From the NCBI GenBank assembly GCA_964579435.1, contig CAZOGI010000010.1, positions 23,583 through 87,582 on the forward strand: 64,000 bases of DNA, written 5' to 3'. The stretch's first letter is position 1. Every line of letters starts with the position of its first letter. The position numbers were made by a program, and so were the translations under genes. Below the pieces are notes generated by a model. The model was not told the origin of the DNA. It saw nothing but the letters and a program-made list of their open reading frames with translations, and searched no databases. Of the stretch, positions 1-10,227 are shown piece by piece. The DNA comes from an uncultured Planctomycetales bacterium (GTDB lineage Bacteria > Omnitrophota > Gorgyraeia > Gygaellales > Profunditerraquicolaceae).

Positions 1-39
1 CCAAAGGCCGGCCGGTTTTTATCGTGAAGGAATCCTCCC

Positions 40-774
40 TTGAGCGCTAAAATCCTTCCCAAAGTAGTCATCCTCTGCGGCGGACAGGGCAAGAGACTGC
101 GCCCCCTGACCCAGAAACTCCCCAAGCCCCTGATCAAGCTCCACGACAAGCCGGTTCTGGAGCACATCATCGAGTTTTACTGGAAACGGGGATTCAAGGA
201 CTTCGTGCTGCTAGTCGGGTTCAACGCAGCCGCAATCAGGCGTTTCGTCGTGCGCTTGAAGCTGCCGGTCAGGATCGAACTTTCCGACGCGGGTGAAAAG
301 GCGGGGATCCTGGAACGCATCTACCGGGCGCGCGGACTGTTCGGGGACCGCGCGATCATCACCTACGGCGACACCTTCATCGACGTGGATATCGCAGCGA
401 TGCTCAAACGCCACCTTGCCCGAAAGCCTCTGGCGACGATCACCATCGCCGACATCCGCAGCCCCTTCGGACTGGTATCGCTGGACAGACAATCCCGTAT
501 TCGATCATTCGACGAGAAACCCCTGCAGCCATTCTACATCGGACATATGATCCTGGAAAAAACGGCCCTGCGGCGCCTTGACCGGCGAACGGTCAGCCTG
601 CCGGACGGGGAGGGGCTGGTCCGTTTCTTCAAACAGCTTATCCGCGGCAAGCATATTGACGCCTTCAAGCACGCAGGCCTGCAGATCACCTTCAACACGA
701 TGCAGGAATACCGCAAAGCCCAGACCGCATTCCTTCAATTCTACACCCAACGTGAGGAGAACGAAAGACCATGA
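40..774 (+). CDS. Sugar-phosphate nucleotidyltransferase, glucose-1-phosphate cytidylyltransferase (RfbF)-like paralog
   Basis: TTG start at 40 with GAAGGA RBS at 26-31. N-terminal VVILCGGQGKRLRPLT...KPKPLI nucleotidyltransferase G-loop. Similar in layout to the RfbF at 5168. Confidence 0.65.
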   Translation: MSAKILPKVVILCGGQGKRLRPLTQKLPKPLIKLHDKPVLEHIIEFYWKRGFKDFVLLVGFNAAAIRRFVVRLKLPVRIELSDAGEKAGILERIYRARGLFGDRAIITYGDTFIDVDIAAMLKRHLARKPLATITIADIRSPFGLVSLDRQSRIRSFDEKPLQPFYIGHMILEKTALRRLDRRTVSLPDGEGLVRFFKQLIRGKHIDAFKHAGLQITFNTMQEYRKAQTAFLQFYTQREENERP

Positions 775-1751
775 GCACCCTCAAGGGAAAACGAATCCTG
801 GTAACCGGAGGCAGCGGATTCATCGCTTCGCATCTGGTCAAGCGGCTCCTCGGCGAGGGCGCGCGCGTCGCGATCCTCACCAAATACAACAGCGTCATCG
901 ATAACGTGCGCCTCAGCGGCGTCTGGAGCCGGATACTGCCGCTGGAGGCGGACCTGCGCAACGGCGACTCCCTGGAGAAGGTGCGCGCGCTGCGGCCCCA
1001 GATCGTCTATCACTTCGCCGCCTACAACCACGTCGGCGACAGCTTCGAAAACGTCGCCGAGGCTATCGACTCAAACTCCAAAGGAACCGTCAACCTCATG
1101 CAGGCCTACGGCGGTTACGAGCGCTTCGTCTACATCTCTTCTTCCGAGATTTACGGGTTCCAGAAGACGGTTCCCTTCAAGGAAACGATGACGCCGTTTC
1201 CGACCTCCCCCTACGCGGTCGGCAAATACTCCGGAGAACTCTATGCGCGCATGGTCCGGCACGTCTTTAAAAAACCGGTGGTCGTCCTGCGTCCGTTCAA
1301 TGCCTTCGGCCCCTACCAGAGCCCGCGCGCGATCATCGCCGAGCTTATCCTCAAGGCCCTGCGCGGGGAGGAGATCGTCACCACCAAAGGCATCCAGACC
1401 CGCGATTTCAACTTCGTCGAAAACCTCGTCGACGGATTCATCCTCGCCGCACAGAAAGACGCGGCGATCGGGGAGGTCATCAACATCGGCTCGGGCCGGG
1501 AGATCACTATCCGCGACCTGGTGACACTGGTCCACTCCCTCAGCGGCTCCCGCTCGAAGCTCTCGATCGGCAAACTCCCGTACCGGCCGACCGAGATCTG
1601 GCGCATGCAGGCTGACGCAAGAAAAGCGAAAAAGATCCTCGGCTGGTCACCGCGGGTGAACCTCGAAGAAGGGCTGCAGCGCACCATCGCCTGGTTCCGG
1701 GATTTCGTCGCGCTCTATACGCAGGAAGATTCCCCCCTCAACCAGTTATGA
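771..1751 (+). CDS. NAD-dependent epimerase/dehydratase (SDR, nucleotide-sugar 4,6-dehydratase / epimerase family)
   Basis: ILVTGGSGFIASHLVKRLL Rossmann motif. YxxxK (YAVGKYSGE) catalytic region. ATGA overlap with upstream gene. Confidence 0.8.
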   Translation: MSTLKGKRILVTGGSGFIASHLVKRLLGEGARVAILTKYNSVIDNVRLSGVWSRILPLEADLRNGDSLEKVRALRPQIVYHFAAYNHVGDSFENVAEAIDSNSKGTVNLMQAYGGYERFVYISSSEIYGFQKTVPFKETMTPFPTSPYAVGKYSGELYARMVRHVFKKPVVVLRPFNAFGPYQSPRAIIAELILKALRGEEIVTTKGIQTRDFNFVENLVDGFILAAQKDAAIGEVINIGSGREITIRDLVTLVHSLSGSRSKLSIGKLPYRPTEIWRMQADARKAKKILGWSPRVNLEEGLQRTIAWFRDFVALYTQEDSPLNQL

Positions 1752-2596
1752 GCAAAGATCGGCGCAAGATACTGGTGACCGGGGCGCAAGGCTTTTTGGG
1801 CACACACCTCCTCAAGGCCCTGCGCGACGGCGGGCTCATTCCCTTTCAGTACGAGGGGGACGTGCGTCTCATCCACACCCTGCGCGCGCATTTCCCCGCG
1901 GTCTGCCATCTCGCAGGTTTCACGAAGACAAGCCCCTGCGTCTCCGAGCGGCTGCTGTTTGACTCCAACGTCACCGGCACCGCCAGCGTGATGCTCTACT
2001 GCGCGAGGGAAAACGCGCGCTGCGTATTCGCCTCGTCGGCTGCCGTGTATGAGCCGAAACCTATACTCCGGCGGATCAAAGAGGAAGACGCACTCGCCCC
2101 GGTTTCTGCCTATGGGATCAGCAAGCTGCTGGCGGAAAACATCTGCGCCCAATTCGCCCAGAGCGCCGGCGTCGCGACCGTTGCCCTGAGGATCTTCAAC
2201 CTTTACGGGCCGGGACAGAAGATGCCGTTTCTCGTCCCGTCCCTGCTGGATGCGCTCTCCCGGAACAAACCGGCGGACCTGGCCACCCCCGCAGCCATGC
2301 GCGATTTCGTGCATGTCCAGGATGTCTGTGCGGCGTTCGTGGCTGCCTGCGGGATAAAAACTTCAGGTTTCCTGGCCCTGAACGTCGGCACCTCCCAGGG
2401 CCACTCGGTCGAAGAAGTTGCCCGCCTGGCGGCGCAGATCCTGAAAGTGAAACCGCGGTTGCGACGCGATCCCCGGCGCAGAAAAGAACGGGACTTCGTC
2501 ATCGCTGAAACACGCGCCATCAGAAGAACGCTTGGCTGGAAACCATCCGTGCTTTTGCGCGCCGGGCTGGAACAGACAGCACAAACAGTATCCTAA
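1748..2596 (+). CDS. NAD-dependent epimerase/dehydratase family protein (short SDR)
   Basis: ILVTGAQGFLGTHLLKAL Rossmann motif, YGISKLLAE catalytic YxxxK. ATGA overlap with upstream gene. Confidence 0.7.
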   Translation: MSKDRRKILVTGAQGFLGTHLLKALRDGGLIPFQYEGDVRLIHTLRAHFPAVCHLAGFTKTSPCVSERLLFDSNVTGTASVMLYCARENARCVFASSAAVYEPKPILRRIKEEDALAPVSAYGISKLLAENICAQFAQSAGVATVALRIFNLYGPGQKMPFLVPSLLDALSRNKPADLATPAAMRDFVHVQDVCAAFVAACGIKTSGFLALNVGTSQGHSVEEVARLAAQILKVKPRLRRDPRRRKERDFVIAETRAIRRTLGWKPSVLLRAGLEQTAQTVS

Positions 2597-2601
2597 CCCA
2601 T

Positions 2602-3315
2602 ATGCAAAAATCGACCATCGATCCGGCGCTGCGCCGGCACATCGAATCAGTAGGGGGCAAATACCGCCAGCTCACCGATACCCCCAGCTTCCGCTACTAC
2701 CTGAAGCGCCGGACCCGGCTGATGCAGGAACTTTTATGCCCCCGTATCAACGCCTCAACCGTTATACTGGACCTGGGCAGCGGCAACGGCGACTACCTGC
2801 AGACACTGCCGGGGCGCAAAAAACTCATCTGCCTGGATTTGTCTTTCAACGCCCTCAAGGCAAGCCGCAACGAAGCCGAAGATACCGTGCCGCTGAATGC
2901 CGACGTCCTGCGCCTGCCCCTGCAGGACGGCTGCATCGACGCGATCCTGCTCTTCGGCATGCTCCACCACGCCCCCGACCACCTGGCGCAGATATTCCGG
3001 GAGCTGGCGCGCGTCCTGCGCGCAGGCGGCATCGTGCTTATCGACGAGCCGAACGGCTACAACCTCTTCTGGTTCCTCTTCATGAAACTCAACGAGATAG
3101 ACCGCATCGGCGCCCGGCCCCTCTTTGCCCATACCCTCAAGAGATGCGCGCGACACAGCGGCCTGACCTTGAAAAGCTCCTCCTTCTGGGGCCTGGTTCC
3201 GCCGTTTTTGAAAGGAGAGTCGGGCGTGCTTTTTTTCGAACGGCTCTCCCGGGCGCTTGAGCGCACCCCGCTGGCCTTTGTCTGCACGCGCCTGACCATG
3301 GTGCTGGAGAAGTAA
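2602..3315 (+). CDS. Class I SAM-dependent methyltransferase
   Basis: VILDLGSGNGDY (motif I), LLFGMLHH, and an acidic motif II. About 237 aa, typical MTase size. Confidence 0.75.
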   Translation: MQKSTIDPALRRHIESVGGKYRQLTDTPSFRYYLKRRTRLMQELLCPRINASTVILDLGSGNGDYLQTLPGRKKLICLDLSFNALKASRNEAEDTVPLNADVLRLPLQDGCIDAILLFGMLHHAPDHLAQIFRELARVLRAGGIVLIDEPNGYNLFWFLFMKLNEIDRIGARPLFAHTLKRCARHSGLTLKSSSFWGLVPPFLKGESGVLFFERLSRALERTPLAFVCTRLTMVLEK

Positions 3316-3317
3316 CC

Positions 3318-5156
3318 GTGCGCCCACTCATTCCCCGGCTGATACTCTGCGCGGCGCTGGCCTTTCCGGCGCTCCTGAGCGTTCCGGCGATCACCAGCCA
3401 TATCGATGATCCCAATGCGATCGTCTACTTCAACAACGACGAAGGCTACCTCATGGACCTGGTCTGGCACTATTACTCCGGGGAAAAACGCGCCAGTTAC
3501 CAGGCGGATTTCGATTACGGGCTGCAGCTGCTCTACCTCTCCGACGCCGCGAAGCTCTTCCTGCCGGCACACATCCGATTGAGCCCCGGATCGTTCGTCC
3601 TCTTCCTGCGCTGGCTCCACCTGTGCGCCTGGATCGCCTGCATCGCACTGCTCTACCGGATCATGGCGAAGCAGTTCAACTCTGAGGCTGCGGCAGCCGC
3701 GGCCGCAGCGCTCCTTGCGGTGCGGCCGGCATTCGCCTATTTTTCGATGAACCTCAAGCCCGAACCACTCGTCTTGCTCTTTACACTCCTGGGACTCTTT
3801 TTCTGCCTGCGCATTCTTCATGAAAAACCCCTGCCGAACATGCTGCTCTCGTGCGCATTCGCGTCCCTGGCGTTCCTGACCAAGTACGCCGGGGCGCTGC
3901 TCTTGCCGGCGATAGTCTGCGCGCTGTACCTGCGCCAGCGGACGGACCGTTCGACGCCGCGCCTGCGCGTCAGCACATTGCTGCCTTCTCTTTTCGGTCT
4001 GGCGCTTGTGGGGATCATACTCTTCCTCGTCACCGGCTACGTCCGCAAATCAACCGGCACGACCTGGGCGCAGGAATACGGGATAGGCCACTGCCTTTTC
4101 GCCGAACGCGCTTTCAGCCTCCCTTTTGCCTTAGCCATACTGCTGATACTCGTTCCGCTCATCGCCGCGCTGCTCAAGCGTATCCGTCACCCGCCTATCG
4201 AGCGTCTGGTCAAAGAAGGAGAGAGGCTCGAGGCCGCTGCGCTTCCGGTCTGCGCCGCCTTTGCTGCCTTCAGCACGATTTTCGGGATTCGCTGGCTTTT
4301 CAATCCCCGGCATTTCGTAACCACCTACGCCTTCCTGGGCTCATCCGCCACATCCTCTCGCCACCTCAGCGCACTCACGGGCAACGCCTCGATCGCGGTT
4401 GAGTTCCTGAAGAATGCGCTTGAGCAGATCGTTGCCCTCGACCCCTTCCTGTGCCTGGGACTGCTGGCGTACGCTTACGCCGAATACAGAACCGTTTGCC
4501 GCCTCAACGCCGCAGCGGACCGCTTTGCGGCACACCAACGCCTCGTGCTCGTCGTTTTTCTCTTGCCCGGGCTGGCCCTGGCCTTCTCGATGCTGCGCAT
4601 GGCGCAACACCACCTGCTCGCCTACACGGCGGTCATGATCGTACTGACCCTGCAGGCGATCCCGCTCCTTGCCGGGTTCCTGCGTCCGCCGAAGCTGCGT
4701 ACGGCCCTCGCCGTCCTTTTGTGCGCGGGGATAATCCTTGATCTGTCGATCAACGGCTCGATCGTCATCGCCCAACGCAGGAGATATCTCCTGCAAAGTC
4801 ACGACGTGGCTTTCCGGGTCAAAGACTGGTTCCTGCGCACCATCCCCAGAAACGCGCGGATCGTCGCCGACCATCCGACGCGCGTCTATGTGCCCGATGG
4901 ATACACGGCTATACGCCATTTCATCGGTTATCAGGATGACCGGGTCGAGCAGCTCCGAAGCCTGGTTGAGCTTGTGAAGCCGGAGTTTATCTATTATAAT
5001 AGAGGTCCCAGCGGCGGGGAACCGATCCCGGCGCTCGAGCGGATACTTCCGGAAGCACCCTACCGGCTTATCAAGCTTTTTAAAGACGATACCGGACCCT
5101 TCCAGCGCAGGGAGGGCGACGAATTCGCGCTGTACCAAAGGACCGTCAAACAGTAA
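3318..5156 (+). CDS. Large polytopic membrane protein, possible GT-C-fold glycosyltransferase (ArnT/PMT-like)
   Basis: 612 aa with more than 10 hydrophobic segments. Lies inside a polysaccharide locus. No decisive motif recognised. Confidence 0.4.
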   Translation: MRPLIPRLILCAALAFPALLSVPAITSHIDDPNAIVYFNNDEGYLMDLVWHYYSGEKRASYQADFDYGLQLLYLSDAAKLFLPAHIRLSPGSFVLFLRWLHLCAWIACIALLYRIMAKQFNSEAAAAAAAALLAVRPAFAYFSMNLKPEPLVLLFTLLGLFFCLRILHEKPLPNMLLSCAFASLAFLTKYAGALLLPAIVCALYLRQRTDRSTPRLRVSTLLPSLFGLALVGIILFLVTGYVRKSTGTTWAQEYGIGHCLFAERAFSLPFALAILLILVPLIAALLKRIRHPPIERLVKEGERLEAAALPVCAAFAAFSTIFGIRWLFNPRHFVTTYAFLGSSATSSRHLSALTGNASIAVEFLKNALEQIVALDPFLCLGLLAYAYAEYRTVCRLNAAADRFAAHQRLVLVVFLLPGLALAFSMLRMAQHHLLAYTAVMIVLTLQAIPLLAGFLRPPKLRTALAVLLCAGIILDLSINGSIVIAQRRRYLLQSHDVAFRVKDWFLRTIPRNARIVADHPTRVYVPDGYTAIRHFIGYQDDRVEQLRSLVELVKPEFIYYNRGPSGGEPIPALERILPEAPYRLIKLFKDDTGPFQRREGDEFALYQRTVKQ

Positions 5157-5167
5157 GGGAGAGACCG

Positions 5168-5965
5168 ATGAAGGCAGCAGCCAATATCCCGGCCATCATT
5201 CTCTGCGGCGGCAAGGGAGAGCGCATGCGGGAAGAGACCGAGATCAAGCCCAAACCGATGGTTGAGATCGGCGGAAAACCGATCCTCTGGCACATCATGA
5301 AATATTACTCTCATTTCGGAATGAGTTCGTTTATCCTGGCCCTTGGCTATAAGGGCGACCTCATCAAAAAGTACTTTTTCGACTATCGACTGCTCTGCAG
5401 CGACCTGACGATCTCACTCGACCCGAAGGTCCCGGCGCATATCCGCTCCCTTTCGACCGAAACCCACTGGGAGATCACCTGCGCCGATACCGGAGAAAAT
5501 ACGCTTAAAGGCGGCAGGATCAAACGGCTGGAACCGTACCTGAAGAACGAGCTCTTCCTTTTGACCTACGGCGACGGGCTGTGCACGGTCGACATCAAAA
5601 AACTCCTGGCGTTCCACCGTTCCCACGGCAAAATCGGCACCGTCACCGCCGTGCGTCCGCCGTCGCGCTTCGGCGAGATACTGCTCTCGGGAGACCGGGT
5701 CAGGGAATTCGAGGAGAAACCGCAGCTGACCAGCGGTTACATCAACGGCGGATTTTTCGTCTTCAAGCGCGAATTCCTCGAATACCTCACCGCCGAGGAA
5801 ACCTGCGATCTTGAATTCGGCGCCTTGCAGCAACTGGCCCGGGACAAACAGCTCATGGCCTACCGGCACGACGGATACTGGCAGTGCATGGACACGATCC
5901 GCGACCGGGACTACCTCAACAAACTCTGGGAGACAGAGACACCTCCCTGGAAGGTATGGAAATGA
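5168..5965 (+). CDS. rfbF: Glucose-1-phosphate cytidylyltransferase
   Basis: IILCGGKGERMREETEIKPKPMVEIGGKPILWHIMKYYSHFG is a near-canonical RfbF N-terminus. 265 aa. Confidence 0.85.
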   Translation: MKAAANIPAIILCGGKGERMREETEIKPKPMVEIGGKPILWHIMKYYSHFGMSSFILALGYKGDLIKKYFFDYRLLCSDLTISLDPKVPAHIRSLSTETHWEITCADTGENTLKGGRIKRLEPYLKNELFLLTYGDGLCTVDIKKLLAFHRSHGKIGTVTAVRPPSRFGEILLSGDRVREFEEKPQLTSGYINGGFFVFKREFLEYLTAEETCDLEFGALQQLARDKQLMAYRHDGYWQCMDTIRDRDYLNKLWETETPPWKVWK

Positions 5966-7029
5966 CCCCGTCCGCTCAAAGAACGGTCCTGGTGACCGGG
6001 AACCTTGGCTACATCGGTCCGGTAATGGTCAAAACTCTCAAGGAAAACGGATACCGGGTCGTGGGGCTGGATACCGGCTGGTTCGGCGATTGCGACTTCT
6101 TCAGGCTCCCGCCGGCGTACCTGCCGGACCGACAGATCCGCAAGGACGTACGCCGCGCCGGCCCCGAAGACGTAGCCGGGATAGATGCGATCGTGCATCT
6201 GGCGGCGCTCTCCAACGACCCCCTCGGGGAGCTCAACCCCATTCTGACCGACGAGATCAACCGGCAGGCGAGCGTACGCCTGGCGCGGATCGCCAAGGAA
6301 GCGGGGACGCAGCGCTTCATCTTCGCCTCATCCTGCAGCGTCTACGGCATCATGGACTCCGACGCGCCCATCGATGAGAGCGGACAGCTCAACCCCCTCA
6401 CCGCGTACGCGAAGGCAAAGGTCGGCGCAGAGGAGGAATTGCGCGCGCTGGCCGATGACTCCTTTCACCCGGTCTTCCTGCGCAACGCCACCGTGTACGG
6501 CGTTTCGCCCCGGTTACGCCTGGACCTGGTCGTCAACAACCTCTGCGCCGTCGGCTTTCTCACCAAGGAGCTGCTTATCCTCAGCGACGGCACGCCCTGG
6601 CGTCCGTTGGTGCACATCGAGGATTTCTGCGCCGCATTCGCCGCCGCCCTGCAGGCGCCGGCGGAACAGATCCATGCCCAGGCATTCAACGTGGGCACGG
6701 ACGCGGGAAATTACCGGGTGAGCGAAATCGCCGAGGCTATACGCCTGCAGCTGCCGGGTGCGACCGTACGCATCTCCCGCACCAGCTCTCCCGACGAACG
6801 CAGTTATCGCGTCAGTTTCTCCAAGATACGCTCGAGACTGCCCGGGTTCAAACCGTGCCGCGACCTGCGCCAGGGCATCGCCGAGATCCTGCAGGCGTAC
6901 GCGCAGCAACGCCTCTGCCCAGACGATTTCCAGGGAAAACAGTTCTTCCGCCTGCGCGCGCTCAAGGCCCTCATTGAGACAGGCTCGCTGGATGAGCGGT
7001 TATATCAAACCATAAGGAGCTCACGATGA
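5956..7029 (+). CDS. NAD-dependent epimerase/dehydratase
   Basis: VLVTGNLGYIGPVMVKTL Rossmann motif. YAKAKVGAE YxxxK. Start ATG 5956 (MEM) overlaps the rfbF stop at 5963-5965. Confidence 0.75.
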   Translation: MEMTPSAQRTVLVTGNLGYIGPVMVKTLKENGYRVVGLDTGWFGDCDFFRLPPAYLPDRQIRKDVRRAGPEDVAGIDAIVHLAALSNDPLGELNPILTDEINRQASVRLARIAKEAGTQRFIFASSCSVYGIMDSDAPIDESGQLNPLTAYAKAKVGAEEELRALADDSFHPVFLRNATVYGVSPRLRLDLVVNNLCAVGFLTKELLILSDGTPWRPLVHIEDFCAAFAAALQAPAEQIHAQAFNVGTDAGNYRVSEIAEAIRLQLPGATVRISRTSSPDERSYRVSFSKIRSRLPGFKPCRDLRQGIAEILQAYAQQRLCPDDFQGKQFFRLRALKALIETGSLDERLYQTIRSSR

Positions 7030-7475
7030 TCGACGGAGTTCAGGTCATTCCCTTGAAAAAAATATGCGACGAACGCGGCATGATCATGCACATGCTCAAA
7101 AAAACCGATCCGCACTTCGAGCAGTTCGGCGAGATATATTTCGCCACCGCTTATCCCGGGGTGGTCAAAGGCTGGCACGAGCATACCCGTCAGGTACAGA
7201 TGTACGCCTGTATCGTCGGCATGATCAAACTGGTCCTCTACGACAACCGGCCGAAATCGCCGACGATTCGGCAACTGGCGGAGCTCTTCATCGGAGAGGA
7301 CAACTACCAGCTCGTGCGCATCCCCACCGGCGTCATCAACGGCTGGAAGAACATCGGCACCGATACCGCGATCCTGGCGAACTGCTCCAGCCTGCCTCAT
7401 GAGCAGGACGAGATGCTGCGCTATGACCCGCACGGGGAAACCGTGCCGTACCGCTGGGAACGGGCCGACCGCTGA
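7026..7475 (+). CDS. RmlC-like cupin sugar epimerase (dTDP/CDP-4-dehydro-6-deoxyhexose 3,5-epimerase family)
   Basis: 149 aa. FGEIYFATAYPGVVKGWHEHTRQ cupin motif typical of the RmlC family. ATGA overlap with upstream gene. Confidence 0.65.
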   Translation: MIDGVQVIPLKKICDERGMIMHMLKKTDPHFEQFGEIYFATAYPGVVKGWHEHTRQVQMYACIVGMIKLVLYDNRPKSPTIRQLAELFIGEDNYQLVRIPTGVINGWKNIGTDTAILANCSSLPHEQDEMLRYDPHGETVPYRWERADR

Positions 7476-7478
7476 GCC

Positions 7479-8369
7479 ATGATCAAAACCTATGCGTTGG
7501 TGATCGGGGCAAACGGTCTTATCGGACGGCAGGTTGGCAGGCTCCTGGGGGAGGAGTCCAAGAGCTGGCAGGGAACGGTGCGCAGCCGGCCGGAAGAGCG
7601 CCTGCGGCAACTGGACCTCACCGACTCCGTGGCTACCGAACGGCTCCTGTACGAACTGATGCCGGAGGGGGTATACCTATGCGCGAACCTTGCCGGAGGG
7701 GTCGACTTCTGCGAACGCACCCCCGAGGCCGGCAGGGCCTTCTACGTCGAAGGCACCCGCACGATCGCCCTGGCCTGCAAACGTCTTGGCTGCTGGCTGG
7801 GGTTCATCTCGACGGACTATGTCTTCGACGGGCAGGCCGGCCCCTACCGCGAAGAGGATGCGACGCACCCCCTGAACAAATACGGGGAGTTCAAGCTCGA
7901 GGCAGAGGATATCATCCGGCAGACCCTGCAGCGTTACTCGATCGTGCGCACCACCAACGTCTACGGATGGGACCCGCTCACCGTGACCCCGAATTTCATG
8001 ATGCAACTCTACCGCAGCATCTCTCAGGACAAACCCTTTCGCGCCGCCAGCTACCTCTGGGGAAACCCGACCTACGCGGCGGACCTGGCTGCGGCCCTGA
8101 TCGAGCTGCAGGAGAAAAGAGGCTACGGGACCTTTCACGTCGTGGGCCCGACCTTCATTAACCGCTACGATTGGGCCCTGAAGGCATGTGCCGCCTGGGG
8201 TTTCAACACCTCGCTCATCGAAGAAGCTCGCGAGATTCCTCCGGGAATGGTAGCGCGGCCCCTGAAAGCCCCGCTTTCCTGCGAACGGTTCCAGACAAAC
8301 TACCGCACGCGCCTGATGCCGCTGGAGGAAGGGCTGCTGCGCATGAAGGATACGATGGGCGGACGATGA
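7479..8369 (+). CDS. RmlD-like NAD(P)H-dependent 4-ketoreductase (dTDP-4-dehydrorhamnose reductase family)
   Basis: ALVIGANGLIGRQV Rossmann motif. TNVYGWD and SYLWGNPTYAADLAAALIEL regions typical of RmlD. 296 aa. Confidence 0.7.
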   Translation: MIKTYALVIGANGLIGRQVGRLLGEESKSWQGTVRSRPEERLRQLDLTDSVATERLLYELMPEGVYLCANLAGGVDFCERTPEAGRAFYVEGTRTIALACKRLGCWLGFISTDYVFDGQAGPYREEDATHPLNKYGEFKLEAEDIIRQTLQRYSIVRTTNVYGWDPLTVTPNFMMQLYRSISQDKPFRAASYLWGNPTYAADLAAALIELQEKRGYGTFHVVGPTFINRYDWALKACAAWGFNTSLIEEAREIPPGMVARPLKAPLSCERFQTNYRTRLMPLEEGLLRMKDTMGGR

Positions 8370-9289
8370 ACAAACCGTTTTTCAGCGTGATCATCTCCAC
8401 ATACAACCGCGCGGCGGTTCTGCCCCGGGCGATCGCCAGCGTCCTCGACCAGACCGAGAAGGATTTGGAGCTCATCATCATCGACAACGGCTCAACCGAC
8501 TCCACCCCGCAGACGCTCGCCCAAATCAAGGATCCGCGCATCATCGCCCTGCGCAACCCCGTTTCCACCGGCTCCTGCGACGGGCCGCGCAACCTCGGCA
8601 TAGAGAAAGCCCGCGGCGCTTACACCTCTTTTCTCGACGATGACGACCTCTGGTACCCCGAGAAACTCGCCAAGACCCGCGCCGCGATCGAGCGCCATCC
8701 CGGGATAGACGTCGTCGCTCATTACGAGAACAGGCGCGTCAACGGGATCTTAAGCGGATTGATCCGGCACGAAGCAGAACCGGACCAACTCTTTGAAACC
8801 CTGCTCTACGATACCAACTGCCTTTCGCCCTGCGCCATCTCTTTGCGCACGCCGCTGCTGCGAGAACTGAAAGGGTTTGACCTGCGCCCGGAGTTCGCCG
8901 CGGCAGCGGATTACGATTTCTGGCTGCGCATGGCAAAACGGGGGGTGAGCATCCATTTCATAAAGGAGGCGCTGGGGGAATTCAACCAGAACGCAGAAAA
9001 CGGCAGCGTCACCGACGGCCGCTTCGATGCCAAGATCGCCTGGCTCATCGAATACCACATCCGTCTTTACGAGCACAGACGTTTCCCCCGGTATTCCGCC
9101 CGGGCCCTCAACCGGCTCTTCGTCCTCAACCTGATCGCCGCGCGCTCGTTTTTTTGCCGCCGCGCGATCGGCTCGGCGCTGCGCCACGCGACCAAGGCGG
9201 CGGCCTGCCTCATCTTCGAACCGCTGATGCCCAACCGCATACCGAAAGAGAAAAACCCATGCCCCGGCATGAACGCATCGCCCTCATAG
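8366..9289 (+). CDS. Glycosyltransferase family 2
   Basis: FSVIISTYNRAAVLPRAIASVLDQT...ELIIIDNGSTDST GT-A N-terminus. DDDD motif (FLDDDDLW). Start ATG 8366 overlaps the upstream stop. Confidence 0.8.
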   Translation: MNKPFFSVIISTYNRAAVLPRAIASVLDQTEKDLELIIIDNGSTDSTPQTLAQIKDPRIIALRNPVSTGSCDGPRNLGIEKARGAYTSFLDDDDLWYPEKLAKTRAAIERHPGIDVVAHYENRRVNGILSGLIRHEAEPDQLFETLLYDTNCLSPCAISLRTPLLRELKGFDLRPEFAAAADYDFWLRMAKRGVSIHFIKEALGEFNQNAENGSVTDGRFDAKIAWLIEYHIRLYEHRRFPRYSARALNRLFVLNLIAARSFFCRRAIGSALRHATKAAACLIFEPLMPNRIPKEKNPCPGMNASPS

Positions 9290-10227
9290 GAGGGGCCGGT
9301 TTCATCGGCGTCTCCCTCGCAGAGCGTCTGGTCGCGGACCAGCGCGTCCTGATCATCGACAACCTCCACCGCAACGCCCTGCACAAAAATCCCTTACGGC
9401 GCAACAGGAACCTGCGGCTGATCAAGGCCGACATCCTGAAGCCACGGACCTTCGCCCCGCACCTGCGCGGCGTCAATACGATCGTGCACCTGGCATCGAT
9501 CGCGGGAGTAGATACCGTCATCTCCCATCCGGTCAAGACCATGGAGGTCGCCCTGATCGGAACCTATAATGTCCTGAAGGCGATCAAAGATCCCGGGACC
9601 CTGCGGCGGTTCGTCTTTTTCTCGACAAGCGAGATCTACGGCCCGCAGGCGGAACAGGTCAAAGAGACCGACCCGGCGACGATCGGCCCGGTTTCGCAGC
9701 CGCGCTGGACCTACGCGGCGGCAAAGTACGCCGCCGAGCACCTGGTCATGAACTGGGCGCGCCAGAACCGGGCGGATGCGCTCACCGTCCGGCCGTTCAA
9801 TGTCTTCGGCCCGCGACAGGTGGGGATCGGCGCCATCCACACCTTTATCCGCCGCGCCCTCGCCGGGCAAGACCTCCTGCTCAACAACGCCGGAACGTCC
9901 GTGCGCTCCTGGTGTTACATCGACGATTTTATCGACGGGCTCCTGCGCTGCCTGAGCGTCAAAGAGGCAAACGGATATGCCTTTAACCTGGGCAATCCCG
10001 ACAATACCGTCCGGACGCGCTCGCTCGCAGAGACGATCGTGGCGTTGACCGGGTCAAAGAGCCGGATACTGAAAACCCCGCAGGCCGGGGTCGACGTGCG
10101 CACACGTATCCCGGATATCACCCTGGCAAAGAGCATCCTGGGGTACTGCCCGCGCATTGACCTGGAGACCGGCCTCAAACGCACGATCGAGTGGTACCGC
10201 AGGCAGAAAGACGAAGGCAGGCCATGA
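9259..10227 (+). CDS. NAD-dependent epimerase/dehydratase
   Basis: [18 protein letters not shown] Rossmann motif. YAAAKYAAE YxxxK. Confidence 0.75.
   Translation: MPRHERIALIGGAGFIGVSLAERLVADQRVLIIDNLHRNALHKNPLRRNRNLRLIKADILKPRTFAPHLRGVNTIVHLASIAGVDTVISHPVKTMEVALIGTYNVLKAIKDPGTLRRFVFFSTSEIYGPQAEQVKETDPATIGPVSQPRWTYAAAKYAAEHLVMNWARQNRADALTVRPFNVFGPRQVGIGAIHTFIRRALAGQDLLLNNAGTSVRSWCYIDDFIDGLLRCLSVKEANGYAFNLGNPDNTVRTRSLAETIVALTGSKSRILKTPQAGVDVRTRIPDITLAKSILGYCPRIDLETGLKRTIEWYRRQKDEGRP

Noticed and set aside
5-20. GGCCGGCCGG followed by TTTTT as a possible intrinsic terminator at the window start
   Set aside because: The stem is too short and has no loop, and it sits only about 20 nt before an RBS and TTG start. 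It may be a remnant, but there is insufficient evidence to call it.
8171-8365. N-terminal extension of the GT2 ORF beginning at 8171, and similar long upstream extensions at 9154, 10442, 20357, 21519, 42774, 44123 and 46373
   Set aside because: The extensions overlap the preceding genes in another frame and are Arg/Pro-rich. Conserved N-terminal motifs and ATGA coupling place the real starts at 8366, 9259, 10754, 20591, 21681, 43305, 44702 and 47066.
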